60,177 nucleotides of DNA from Macrostomum lignano (taxonomy: Eukaryota): the NCBI GenBank assembly GCA_002269645.1, contig NIVC01003388.1, positions 1-60,177 on the forward strand, written 5' to 3'. Below are positions 38,580-51,087 of this stretch, one piece after another. How positions within the stretch are numbered: the first letter of the stretch is position 1; each line of letters opens with the position of its first letter. Under the pieces are notes generated by a model. It was not told the DNA's origin and ran no database searches. It worked only from the letters and a program-made list of their open reading frames with translations. A program made the translations under genes and the position numbers.

Positions 38580-38940
38580 GCCCTCCGGAGTGTCGAAATA
38601 TTCGACGATTCTGCCAGAAGGTCGGATTTTTCCCATAAGCGCCAGTGCATTCAGTACACGCCTGTGCGACAATCAGCATCGCGCCTCAGTGCAGCCTTGC
38701 CAAGCCTTCAAATTTCATCAGCACGTCGAACACATGTGTCTGCATCAGCTCTGACTTCGTTGGTAACTGGCCTTCACCCAAGCGGAGCTTCTGGACCTTC
38801 AACAGGTGGCACCAGGTGACTATGGACACGCTGTTGAAAAATTCTCTTAGTTTCGCCGATCAAGCCTCGACAGTGGGCAAGCCTCAACTGCTGCACATCC
38901 TCAGCTGGTCTCTCAAGCATTCTGTCATCACCCCGACGCC
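38580..38940 (+). repeat. ~360-bp segment with an inverted copy at ~41016-41372 and a partial direct copy at ~40575-40690
   Basis: gccctccggagtgtcgaaatattcg...caccccgac matches the reverse complement of 41016-41372. Confidence 0.85.
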
Positions 38941-39901
38941 GTCGGCTTCTTCAACAGATGACACCAGGCGACTATAAGAGTTAGAAATCTGAAGTTTTGA
39001 CCCAAGTTAGAAAATAGGTAGAAATTTATGAAATGCCCAGGCGCAGTCAAGGGCGAGGCAGAAGAGCGCAATGGAACCCCTAGATAGCTATTAGAAGGGC
39101 AAACAGAAGCAACATTAAGACGATTATTCAACTGTCAAGTCAGATATGAATAACCGAATCTAATAAAGCCTCTTTCCATTCCAGTAAGTAGCAACACCCC
39201 GCCGCAGGCACAATGGCGCTCAAACCGGCTGGGAGAAGCAAACCGAGCAGAGGCCCGACTTAGACAGCGATGACATCAAAAAAAGCAATCGGCCCGTGGC
39301 ACGCGTCAGAACCTGGCAAACTTTGGAGGAGAATCGCACGGCCCGCCCACGGACTCCTACCCAACCCGAAGCGGCCCAAGAAGGCGAGATCAACCCCAAG
39401 CTGCCTGACAACCGAGAGAAACAGAGGACTGTATAATCATCCATGGACAGAGTTAAGAGAAGGAAAACTAAGCTCTTTTTCTATAATCTTTCTATCCTAA
39501 AATTTATCCAACTCAACTCATAGATTTGCAAAACCCCGAATAATCTCTAACCCGCACACTCAGCAACCTACTAGAACAAACTAAATACGTGTAAAACTAC
39601 CAGTATGGGCACTGAGTCCCAGATTTTTATTGCTTAAACCCCCGCCGTTGCTAACCACGCGAAGACACTCCACCGGCGGCGGGGAGGCCAAAAATGCCAA
39701 TAGACGCCCATCTCAAACTGGAGCGGCGCTTCGCTTCTGGTTTGCGTGATTTCAGATCTCAACTCGCTCCACTTGTATTGGTCTCTGGCTATCCAGTTGG
39801 CTCAAATCTAAGTCTTTAAACCAATTATTTGCCTTAAAAATTACACAGAGCAAATATTCGTGTGATCAAATTCAGTCTAGATATTAGGAGATCCCGTCAG
39901 T

Positions 39902-40411
39902 CAGGGACGTCACCATGGATTTTATGATGGGGGGGGACAAAGCCAAGAATTCAACGTGTACATGACTAAATTCCTACATTTTCATTATTTTGAGAATCGT
40001 GTTGTCAACCCTCATTTTGGCTCCGCAGGCACTCATTTTGACTCTGCAGGCACTCATTTTGGCGCCGCAGGCACTCATTTTGGCGCCGCAGGCATTCCTT
40101 TTAGCGTCGCAGGCACTCATTTTGGCGCCGCAGGCACTCATTTTGGCGCCGCAGGCATTCCTTTTAGCGTCGCAGGCACTCATTTTGGCGCCGCAGGCAC
40201 TCATTTTGGCGCCGCAGGCATTCCTTTTAGCGTCGCAGGCACTCATTTTGGCGCCGAAGGCGCTATATTTTGGCGCCCTGAAGAAAATTTATTGATTACC
40301 ACAACGAGTCACAAGGTGGGGTGGGGGGGACAAAGCATTGGCATGTCCCCCCCCATAGCTTTTACTGGGGGGGGACATGTCCCCCTGTCCCCCCCGGTGG
40401 CGACGCGCCTG
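39902..40411. mobile_element. hAT-type MITE carrying an internal 21-bp-based tandem array
   Basis: Imperfect TIR cagggacgtcacca / tggcgacgcgcctg; perfect 8-bp TSD ccgtcagt (39894-39901 and 40412-40419); gggggacatgtccccc motif; array gcaggcactcattttggcgcc at ~40010-40260. Confidence 0.85.
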
Positions 40412-41015
40412 CCGTCAGTTTATGCGGTTTTCTCTGACAGTCTGATAGAAGAAATAAAGAGCTGTAAGAACCTTAGACCGCTAGACCCACATCGTAGAAA
40501 GTGAGAACACAAACAATAAAACCCCCAGAGAAAAAAACGTATAGTGACTATGTACACCCTGATGCGAATTTCTCTAGTTTCTGACGATCAAGCCTCGACA
40601 GTGGGCAGTGGACAGTGAGCCTCGACAGTCTCTCAAGCATTCCGTCATCACCCCGACGCCGTGGGCACCTTCAGCAGGTGGCACCAGATGACTATGAAGA
40701 TCCTTGTTGCAACTATGTCAGATTTTTCTTATCAAGCTTCAATAATGGGCAAACTTTAACTCCTGGTCATTCTCAGCTAGACTCTCAAACCGTCTATTAT
40801 CACCCGATGTGATGACGTAAACGTATTGACGTAATTGGTTAATTGAACTGAATTTTCGCCTAGAGAAAAAATTACACAAAAAAACTATCAACTTTTCTGT
40901 ATCGACTCAAGATCAAGTAATAAAAGTAACTACATTGCTAGATCTAAAAATAAAATCTCTTTTGGGTGTCTATAGTTCTATTTTTGTCTTCTTGAAGGTA
41001 CAGTCGTACAGAGGT

Positions 41016-41372
41016 GTCGGGGTGATGACGGAATGCTTGAGAGACTAGCTGAGGATGTGCAGCAGTTGGGGCTTGCCCACTGTCGAGGCTTGATCGGCGA
41101 AACTAGAGAGATTTGCATCAGGGTGTCCATAGTCACCTGGTGCCACCTGTTGAAGGTCCAGAAGCTCCGCTTGGGTGAAGGCCAGTTACCAACGAAGTCA
41201 GAGCTGATGCAGACACATGTGTTCGACGTGCTGATGAAATTTGGAGGCTTGGCAAGGCTGCACTGAGGCACAGTGCTGATTGGCGCACAGGGGTGTACTG
41301 AATGCACTGGCGCTTATGGGAAAAATCCGACCTTCTGGCAGAAGCATCGAATATTTCGACGCTCCGGAGGGC
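41016..41372 (-). repeat. Inverted copy of 38580-38940
   Basis: See the partner copy at 38580-38940. Confidence 0.85.
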
Positions 41373-41594
41373 AACAAAAATTGAGCACTACAGCTACATT
41401 TGATTGAATTGAATAGCATTAAAATTTTAACAAAATACTAACTTTGTATCAGAAATTTCGGAAATATAGAATTGCAAAACATGTTGATTAATTATTAAGT
41501 GTCTTAATCCACTTCACCGCTTCGGTGTGTTTGTGCGATTTGGCACTTTAATCAAATTCTTATAGAGAGTGGCGCAATTGCCACAGCACAGTTA

Positions 41595-42215
41595 TCACAC
41601 ATTCAAATTAATCACCCACCACAATCACCCACCACGATCACCCACCACAATCACCCTCCACAATCACCCACCACAATCACCCTCCACAATCACCCACCAC
41701 AATCACCCTCCACAATCACCCACCACGATCACCCACCACAATCACCCACCACAATCACCCACCACAATCACCCTCCATAATCACCCACCACAATCACTCA
41801 CCACAATCACCCACCACAATCACCCACCACAATCACCCACCACAATCACCCTCCACAATCACCCACCACGATCACCCTCTACAATCACCCACCACAATCA
41901 CCCACCACAATCACCCACCACAATCACCCACCACAATCACCCACCACAATCACCCTCCACAATCACCCTCCACAATCACCCACCACAATCACTCACCACA
42001 ATCACCCACCACAATCACCCTCCACAATCACCCTCCACAATCACCCACCACAATCACTCACCACAATCACCCACCACAATCACCCACCACAATCACTCAC
42101 CACAATCACCCACCACAATCACCCACCACAATCACCCACCACAATCACCCACCACAATCACCCACCACAATCGCCCTCCACAATCACTCACCACAATCAC
42201 CCACCATCACCAATT
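41595..42215. repeat. 13-bp minisatellite (caccacaatcacc), ~47 copies
   Basis: Read directly from the sequence. Confidence 0.95.
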
Positions 42216-42236
42216 CCAATAAATAAAAACTCTGAT

Positions 42237-42574
42237 GGGGGGGGGTTTCACAAACTCGAAATTTCACAACGTAGAAAACTACTGTATAGTTCTTGTTATA
42301 TTAAATTTTCGACGTTGTGAAATTTCGAGCTTATGAAGTTTCGACCTTGTGAAAGTGGCTGCTATTTGATTTTTCGATGTTATGAAATTTCGACCTTGTG
42401 AAATTTCGACTTTAGGAAATCTCTTGCTAGAGTTTTCGGTGTTGTGAAATTTCGACCTTGTGAAGTCCTTTGCTAGAGTTTTCGATGTTGTGAAATTTCG
42501 ACCTTGTGAAGTTTCGACCTTGTGAAATAATTTACTTTTCGACGTTGTGAAATTTCGACCTTGTGAAACACCCC
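42237..42574. mobile_element. MITE with GGGG-initiated TIRs and ttcgaccttgtgaaa subrepeats (Merlin- or MULE-type ends)
   Basis: TIR gggtttcacaaactcgaaatttcacaacg / cgttgtgaaatttcgaccttgtgaaacacccc; 8-bp TSD actctgat (42229-42236 and 42575-42582). Confidence 0.85.
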
Positions 42575-43574
42575 ACTCTGATCTATTTCAACGCAAAGCA
42601 TTTATTTAACTTTTCTATTTAAAAAAACTTGTAGCCAAATGTGCGCCATTGATATCATATGGGATGCAAAACAAATATTAATAGAATTTTTAGAGCGACA
42701 AATTACCGATGGAGTAACAGGCGTACTGTGTCGAGCAGAGTTAATGGGGGATCAATGGTTATTGCTAATAGTTCACACATACTAAAAACAAAGGACACAC
42801 GGGACAGGTTTGCACGGGTTGGCGGAATGAACAGGGGGGGTCACGAAGTCACTATATGATTTGCAATATAAAAACACTTTGCAGAAATCTCTTCGGATTA
42901 AAAGTAAAGAGAAAGTAATTATTTATCTACACGTTATATAAATTCAAAACTCATCAAATGGGTTTCTAGCTGACTTACAATGGTCTTTCAATACTACTTT
43001 ACTAATTAAGTAGGCTTGGTGTCAACTGAAGTGGCGGGGATGACAAATGACAACGAAAATTGCCAGGCGAAGCTGCTTATAGGTTGGAAATTTATATTAA
43101 CAATAATTATGCATTTTCGGTATGAAGCATCATCTAATTATTCATTTTTCACTATAATCTGTCAGAAATTCCCGCCGCAACTGTAGAATCAAATAGCCGT
43201 GCACGCGTCAGTTACTGTTAGTAGCGCAGCAACGAATATTGCAACCTTTTTGTTATTAATGTCTAAATTTACCAGGGAGCCCCCAACTCTAGGATTTAGG
43301 GTGGGAAATATCTGCCTACATGTAAGTCGCAGATAATTGGACACATTATTTAAACGACTCTCATCAGCTCAGTTCATATTGATCCCGTATACAAAACTTT
43401 ACATCAGTTTCCAGATCGAATACAAATTAGGCCGTTTTGTTGGTGGCGGCAAGATAAAGGAATTTGCTGCGTATCTCCGGACTTAACAGAGTGCGCGAAC
43501 TCGCTCCTGCTGTGCACATTGGAAGCATTGTGATTCAGTGAGCGTCAGCTACATGGGTGCCAAAATTGGAGGAT

Positions 43575-44275
43575 CAGGGGGTTAATTGGGGTATCAGGGG
43601 GGGGGGTTAATTGGGGTATCAGGGGGGATTGATTGGGGTATCAGGGGGGGATTGATTGGGGTATCAGGGGGGGGATTGATTGGGGTATCAGGGGGGGATT
43701 GATTGGGGTATCAGGGGGATTGATTGGGGTATCAGGGGGGGATTGATTGGGGTATCAGGGGGGATTGATTGGGGTATCAGGGGGGGATTGATTGGGGTAT
43801 CAGGGGGGATTGATTGGGGTATCAGGGGGGATTGATTGGGGTATCAGGGGGGATTGATTGGGGTATCAGGGGGGATTGATTGGGGTATCAGGGGGGGTTG
43901 ATTGGGGTATTCGGGGGGTTTGATTGGGGTATCAGGGGGGTGTTGATTGGGGTATCAGGGGGGGGGGTTGATTGGGGTATCAGGGGGGATTGATTGGGGT
44001 ATCAGGGGGGATTGATTGGGGTATCAGGGGGGATTGATTGGGGTATCAGGGGGATTGATTGGGGTATCAGGGGGATTGATTGGGGTATCAGGGGGGATTG
44101 ATTGGGGTATCAGGGGGATTGATTGGGGTATCAGGGGGGTTGATTGGGGTATCAGGGGGGTTGATTGGGGTATCAGGGGGGTTGATTGGGGTATCAGGGG
44201 GGTTGATTAGGGTATCAGGGGGGTTGATTGGGGTATCAGGGGGGTTGATTGTGGGGTATCGGGGGGGGGGTTGAT
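43575..44275. repeat. ~22-bp G-rich minisatellite (gattggggtatcaggggggatt)
   Basis: Read directly from the sequence. Confidence 0.95.
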
Positions 44276-44531
44276 TGGAGCAACAAACATGGACAATTGA
44301 AACCCAACTCAAATTCCCATCACATCATCTTTGCAGAGCACTTTGCAGTTAAAATTAATCTGGTATTTTAAGTTTTTTTGCGTTTAAAGTTTCAGTACGA
44401 ATAAAAACGAAGCTGAGGAGTGGGCCAAGCGAGCCGCTGTTTGAGCTGTGATGAGCTTGTGCTGCGGGTGTGATTAGTCGGAAAGTCGATTTAGTGAGGA
44501 GCTGGGGAGGCTGAGGGCGGCATCGGCCTCA

Positions 44532-47500
44532 TCACTCTGCGGGCTCGTCGGCCAGCAGCATGGAGTAGAGCTGCTTGTCCGCCAGGCAGCCCTTCATGAA
44601 CTCGTCCCGGCACAGCACGCCGTCCTTGTTCAGGTCCATCTTGTCGAAGATCTCCTCCGTTCGAGCCTCCGGCGTTATGTCGACGTTGGACTCGTCCGCG
44701 CCCAGCATGCTGTAGATTGCCTGCGGGCGGGGTGAGGGTGCAGGTGAGGGTGCGGTTGAGGGTGCGGGTGAGGGTGCGGGGTGAGGGTGCGGGGTGAGGG
44801 TGCAGGTGAGGGTGCGGGGTGGAGATGAATCTAATGACAGTTTTATTACCTTGATAATTTCTACCATCTCGTTGCGCTCGATGGTCCCGTTGCCGTCAAT
44901 GTCGTACATCTGGAAGGCCCACTCCAGCTTTTCCTGCGGCTTGCCACCCGAAGTGATGTTGATAGCCAGCAGGAACTCCTTGAAGTCAATCTTACCGGAA
45001 TTGTCCTTGTCGAAGGTGCGGAACACGTGGGTGCAGAACTCCTCGGCGTTACCGTCGGGAAAGAAGCCGGAGTACACCTCGATGAACTTCTTCTTGCTGA
45101 GCTGGCCGGAGGGACAGTCGCGCTGGGGAGTTTTTAGAAGTGGGAGGATCTGCGTCCTTGACTGTTTAACTCTGTGTCCTTGACTGTTTAACTCTGTGTC
45201 CTTGACTGTTTAACTCTGTGTCCTTGACTGTTTAACTCTGTGTCCTTGACTGTTTAACTCTGTGTCCTTGACTGTTTAACTTTGTGTCCTTGACTGTTTA
45301 ACTTTGTGTCCTTGACTGTTTAACTCCGTGTCCTTGACTGTTTAACTCTCTGTGTCCTTGACTGTTTAACTCCGTGTCCTTGACTGTTTAACTCTCCGTG
45401 TCCTTGACTGTTTAACTTTGTGTCCTTGACTGTTTAACTCTGTGTCCTTGACTGTTTAACTCTGTGTCCTTGACTGTTTAACTCTGTGTCCTTGACTGTT
45501 TAACTCTGTGTCCTTGACTGTTTAACTCTGTGTCCTTGACTGTTTAACTCTGTGTCCTTGACTGTTTAACTTTGTGTCCTTGACTGTTTAACTCCGTGTC
45601 CTTGACTGTTTAACTCCGTGTCCTTGACTGTTTAACTCTGTGTCCTTGACTGTTTAACTCTGTGTCCTTGACTGTTTAACTCCGTGTCCTTGACTGTTTA
45701 ACTCTGTGTCCTTGACTGTTTAACTCTGTGCCCTTGACTGTTTAACTCCGTGTCCTTGACTGTTTAACTCTGTGTCCTTGACTGTTTAACTTTGTGTCCT
45801 TGACTGTTTAACTCCGTGTCCTTGACTGTTTAACTCTGTGTCCTTGACTGTTTAACTTTGTGTCCTTGACTGTTTAACTCCGTGTCCTTGACTGTTTAAC
45901 TCTGTGTCCTTGACTGTTTAACTCTGTGTCCTTGACTGTTTAACTTTGTGTCCTTGACTGTTTATCTCCGTGTCCTTGACTGTTTAACTTTGTGTCCTTG
46001 ACTGTTTAACTCCGTGTCCTTGACTGTTTAACTTTGTGTCCTTGACTGTTTAACTCTGTGTCCTTGACTGTTTAACTTTGTGTCCTTGACTGTTTAACTC
46101 CGTGTCCTTGACTGTTTAACTCTGTGTCCTTGACTGTTTAACTTTGTGTCCTTGACTGTTTAACTCCGTGTCCTTGACTGTTTAACTCTGTGTCCTTGAC
46201 TGTTTAACTCTATGTCCTTGACTGTTTAACTTTGTGTCCTTGACTGTTTATCTCCGTGTCCTTGACTGTTTAACTTTGTGTCCTTGACTGTTTAACTCCG
46301 TGTCCTTGACTGTTTAACTTTGTGTCCTTGACTGTTTAACTCTGTGTCCTTGACTGTTTAACTCCGTGTCCTTGACTGTTTAACTCTGTGTCCTTGACTG
46401 TTTAACTCTGTGTCCTTGACTGTTTAACTTTGTGTCCTTGACTGTTTATCTCCGTGTCCTTGACTGTTTAACTTTGTGTCCTTGACTGTTTAACTCCGTG
46501 TCCTTGACTGTTTAACTTTGTGTCCTTGACTGTTTAACTCTGTGTCCTTGACTGTTTAACTTTGTGTCCTTGACTGTTTAACTCTATGTCCTTGACTGTT
46601 TAACTTTGTGTCCTTGACTGTTTAACTCCGTGTCCTTGACTGTTTAACTCTGTGTCCTTGACTGTTTAACTCTGTGTCCTTGACTGTTTAACTCCGTGTC
46701 CTTGACTGTTTAACTCTGTGTCCTTGACTGTTTAACTTTGTGTCCTTAAAGAGCCACTGGTAGTAAATAATTTTCAAATAACATTTTGTTGCTCCATCCC
46801 ATTATTTCTCCGGTATCTGCGAGTCCCATCTCAGGGCTTCCTAATTAATAAAATTGTATGGCCGATCTCGCAGTCAGCTGAAGTCTCCCTGCGAGTAAGG
46901 CTGTGATGCCGCCCACAGTTCAGTTCATTTAGATGAAGTGCGCAGGAATAAGTGCACTCTCGACCTTCCAGACTCGCTCTCGGCTTTCGTCCCCGCGTCC
47001 CCACAGTTTTAGGATTAGTCTCTTGATATATCCGCATTTACTAAATTATTCTATCTGATAGTATGCAATAATACTACTGATAGAAACTAGCTAGCCTGCG
47101 GGCACAGCAGCCATCAATCAATTTAAAGTAGCAAACTTTAATAAGGAGGCTAGCATTAGCCAGTAGACCAGTGAAAGCAACGAACTTGAGGAGTGACACG
47201 AGAGAGACATAAGACCGAAGTATTAAGAAGCTGAGATAAGGAGAGGAGATGAGATGAAAAGAGAGGAAAGAAGATTTTGATACTGTTATACCTTTTATAT
47301 CTAAAATGAGCATTGGCATTTCAGTACCAGTATTTTTCAGGGCAGTAGTTTAAGTCCAAAGACAGCAACAGGATAAAAAACAATCGATATTGAATTAAAA
47401 TTAATAAAAATTCTACCAGAAGATAGATGAGACGAAAGAGATATGAGGTAAAGAGATGAGAGGAGAGAAGAGGAGAGGAGAGGAGAGGAGAGGAGAGGAG

Positions 47501-50500
47501 AGGAGAGGAGAGGAGAGGAGAGGAGAGGAGAGGAGAGGAGAGGAGAGGAGAGGAGAGGAGAGGAGAGGAGAGGAGAGGAGAGGAGATGAGAGAAGAAGAG
47601 AGAGGAGAGGAGAGGAGAGGAGAGGAGAGGAGAGGAGAGGAGAGGAGAGGAGAGGAGAGGAGAGGAGAGGAGAGGAGAGGAGAGGAGAGGAGAGGAGAGG
47701 AGAGGAGAGGAGAGGAGAGGAGAGGAGAGGAGAGGAGAGGAGAGGAGAGGAGAGGAGAGGAGAGGAGAGGAGAGGAGAGGAGAGGAGAGGAGAGGAGAGG
47801 AGAAGAGAGGAGAGGAGAGGAGAGGAGAGGAGAGGAGAGGAGAGAGAGAAGAGAAGAGAGAGAGGAGAGGAGAGGAGAGGAGAGGAGAGGAGAAGAGAGG
47901 AGAGGAGAGGAGAGGAGAGGAGAGGAGAGGAGAGGAGAAGAGAGGAGAGGAGAGGAGAGGAGAGGAGAGGAGAGGAGAGGAGAGGAGAGGAGAGGAGAGG
48001 AGAGGAGAGGAGAGGAGAGGAGAGGAGAGGAGAGGAGAGGAGAGGAGAGGAGAGGAGAGGAGAGGAGAGGAGAGGAGAGGAGAGGAGAGGAGAGGAGAGG
48101 AGAGGAGAGGAGAGGAGAGGAGAGGAGAGGAGAGGAGAGGAGAGGAGAGGAGAGGAGAGGAGAGGAGAGGAGAGGAGAGGCTCACACACACTCAGGAGAG
48201 GAGACACAAGCTCACACAGGGTGTACAGCATGTACACACTCTACGCTTTGGGGGTTGGCCTTTATAGACGTAAATCTCTGAGGTCAAGCCCCAAGGCCCA
48301 TTTCCGCGTAGAAACCTGAATTAATTTGCCCGCGCACGGAATCGAACCCAGGCCCACTGGCCCGAGAGTCATACGCGTGGCCTCTAGAAAATGCCTGTAT
48401 TTGCACACTGTGTCTGGGATGCCAAAAGTTATTGGCTACTATAATTTATTGCGGCCGCACAAAAATACCAAGGATCAGGTTGAGTCGGTGTTTTAAATGC
48501 TGCCGTCTGGTTTCCTGAGCTCAGTGCCTCTTGGCTAGCATTGCCAGGGTTTAATTAAATGCGTTTGGCTTATACTGATGAGCGGGCTTGGGTGTGGTGG
48601 CCGAGGCGCTAGAGGGCACAGGGGAGCTGGGGTCAGTCAGTCAGTCAGTCAGTCAGTCAGTCAGTCAGTCAGTCAGTCAGTCAGTCAGTCAGTCAGTCAG
48701 TCAGTCAGTCAGTCAGTCAGTCAGTCAGTCAGTCAGTCAGTCAGTCAGTCAGTCAGTCAGTCAGTCAGTCAGTCAGTCAGTCAGTCAGTCAGTCAGTCAG
48801 TCAGTCAGTCAGTCAGTCAGTCAGTCAGTCAGTCAGTCAGTCAGTCAGTCAGTCAGTCAGTCAGTCAGTCAGTCAGTCAGTCAGTCAGTCAGTCAGTCAG
48901 TCAGTCAGTCAGTCAGTCAGTCAGTCAGTCAGTCAGTCAGTCAGTCAGTCAGTCAGTCAGTCAGTCAGTCAGTCAGTCAGTCAGTCAGTCAGTCAGTCAG
49001 TCAGTCAGTCAGTCAGTCAGTCAGTCAGTCAGTCAGTCAGTCAGTCAGTCAGTCAGTCAGTCAGTCAGTCAGTCAGTCAGTCAGTCAGTCAGTCAGTCAG
49101 TCAGTCAGTCAGTCAGTCAGTCAGTCAGTCAGTCAGTCAGTCAGTCAGTCAGTCAGTCAGTCAGTCAGTCAGTCAGTCAGTCAGTCAGTCAGTCAGTCAG
49201 TCAGTCAGTCAGTCAGTCAGTCAGTCAGTCAGTCAGTCAGTCAGTCAGTCAGTCAGTCAGTCAGTCAGTCAGTCAGGTGGAAAGCATAGGGGAGAAGCAG
49301 AGGAGGGAGCAGAGGGGAGAAGCAGAGGGGGAGAAGTAGAGGGGGGAAGCAGAGGGGGAAGCAGAGGGGGGAGCAGAGGGGGGAAGCAGAGGTTGGGAAG
49401 GAGAGGGGGAGAAGCAGAGGGGAGAAGCAGAGGGGGAGAAGCAGAGGGGAGAAGCAGAGGGGGAGAAGCAGAGGGGAGAAGCAGAGGGGGAGAATCAGGG
49501 GGGAGAAGCAGAGGAGGAGAAGCAGAGGGGGAAGCAGAGGTTGCATGGGAAGGAGAGGGGAAGAGGAGTCACCCTCGCCGCATTCCAGGCTTATCTGACC
49601 CTGGGCATCTCCCAGTCTGGACCGTGGCAATAAATTCGCCTGGCCTTAGCGACGGCCCGGCAGGGCAGGGTAGGGGGAGGGCAGCAGCCGTTAGCGAGGT
49701 GCGGCGCAGCTTGCTGTGAAGGCAAAACATTGGATCGTATCGGATGCAGGCAGCTTCAGGGCAACGAATTGGTGGTGGTGGGACGGGGGTGGACCGTGTA
49801 AAATCAGACACAACGGGGGTGTGGAAAATGTCTGTATAATCTAGTGTATGAGTTTTCCTGACTACCATAAGTGACAATGACAAGAATGGTTAGGATAGTA
49901 TGGGAAAATTGATACTTGATTTATGATGGGATTTTGAGATATGATTGGGGATGTGGGTGAAAAAGTATATATAATTAAGGAATGTTCAGTGAGGAGGGTA
50001 GGGAGAGGTGGGTTGAGAGAGGTGGATAGAGAGAGGAGGGTATAGAGGAGGGTAAAGAGAGGAGGGTAGAAAGGAGGGTAGGGAGGAGGGTAGATAGGAG
50101 GGTAGAGAAAGGAGGATAGAGAGGAAGGTAGAGAGGAGGGTAGAGAGGAGGGTAGAGAGGTGGGTAGGGAGAGGAGGGTAGAGAGAGGAGGGTAAAGAGG
50201 AGGGTAGAGAGGAGGGTAGAGAGGATGGTAGGCAGAGGAGGGTAGAGAGAGAGGGTAGAGAGGAGGGTATAAAGGAGGGTAGGGAGAGGAGGGTAGGGAG
50301 AGGAGGGTAGGTAGAGGAGGGTAGGGAGAGGAGGGTAGGTAGAGGAGGGTAGGGAGAGGAGGGTAGGTAGAGGAGAGTAGGGAGGAGGGTAGAGAGGAGG
50401 GTAGAGAGGAGGGTAGAGAGGAGGGTAGAGAGGAGGGTAGAGAGAGGAGGGCAGATAGAGGCAGTCAGAAGTTTGCAGGAATAGTGAGGCGGTAATGAGC

Positions 50501-50756
50501 GTCAGAGAGTTAAATAAGCGAACTCTCCCCGTGACTGGGGGTGACTTGACGGCAAGAGGGAAGAGTTGAAAGACGGCAGAACTGAGGAATGAGAAGAATC
50601 GCCATCAATAACAGTGAGTAGCATTATTGTTCGGCAACTCACAATGAATCCGCGGTACCACTGTTTGATCTGCTTCTTAGTAAAGTTGGTATTAGTCATT
50701 AGGAACTGCATGTCCTCCTTTGGCAGTTTTTTTCTTGGCCCGATGGCGTTTCCCAT
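44532..50756 (-). CDS. ncs-2: Neuronal calcium sensor family protein (NCS-2/neurocalcin-like); 3 exons, 191 aa
   Basis: Exons 50756-50643, 45122-44850, 44720-44532 (all phase 0). [41 protein letters not shown]; EF-hands [36 protein letters not shown]. Confidence 0.92.
44725..44822. repeat. 12-bp repeat (gagggtgcgggt) filling NCS intron 2
   Basis: Read directly. Translates as the spurious PAPSPAPS insert in ORF 44532..45077. Confidence 0.85.
45154..46747. repeat. 22-bp minisatellite (gtgtccttgactgtttaactct), ~72 copies, in NCS intron 1
   Basis: Read directly. Variants differ mostly at 1-2 positions (ctct/cttt/ctcc). Confidence 0.97.
47457..48180. repeat. (AGAGG)n microsatellite
   Basis: Read directly from the sequence. 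Confidence 0.97.
48245..48390 (-). mobile_element. tRNA-derived SINE relic
   Basis: Minus strand ...gactctcgggccagtgggcctGGGTTCGATTCCgtgcgcgggc is a B-box in a tRNA-like context. Confidence 0.45.
48632..49276. repeat. (TCAG)n microsatellite, ~160 perfect units
   Basis: Read directly from the sequence. Confidence 0.98.
49290..49545. repeat. Purine-rich repeat (gagaagcagagggg)n
   Basis: Read directly. The same unit recurs at 51312-51628. Confidence 0.9.
50020..50460. repeat. Purine-rich repeat (ggagggtagaga)n
   Basis: Read directly from the sequence. Confidence 0.88.
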
Positions 50757-50986
50757 TGCTTGGCTGCTCCGAGGGTTCAGCTGAAAAATAAATGCTGTTC
50801 GCAGTGCAGGAGGGGAGCTGCCGCACTGCCAGCCTTACCCCCTATTTATACTGCACAGGCCTTTCTGGCACCCGGTGCGTCTCTCTCCCGGAGAGGAGGA
50901 AGTGGCCGGTCTGTGGGTGCAAGGGGAGGTCCCTGATCCCCCTCGTCCAATCCTTCCAATAGTTTCCCATTTGATTGGGGACTGGC

Positions 50987-51087
<101 letters not shown>

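Noticed and set aside
50739-50756. NCS N-terminus MGNAIG lacks Ser6 of the myristoylation consensus
   Set aside because: Gly2-Asn3 is still compatible with myristoylation, so this is too weak to call loss of the switch.
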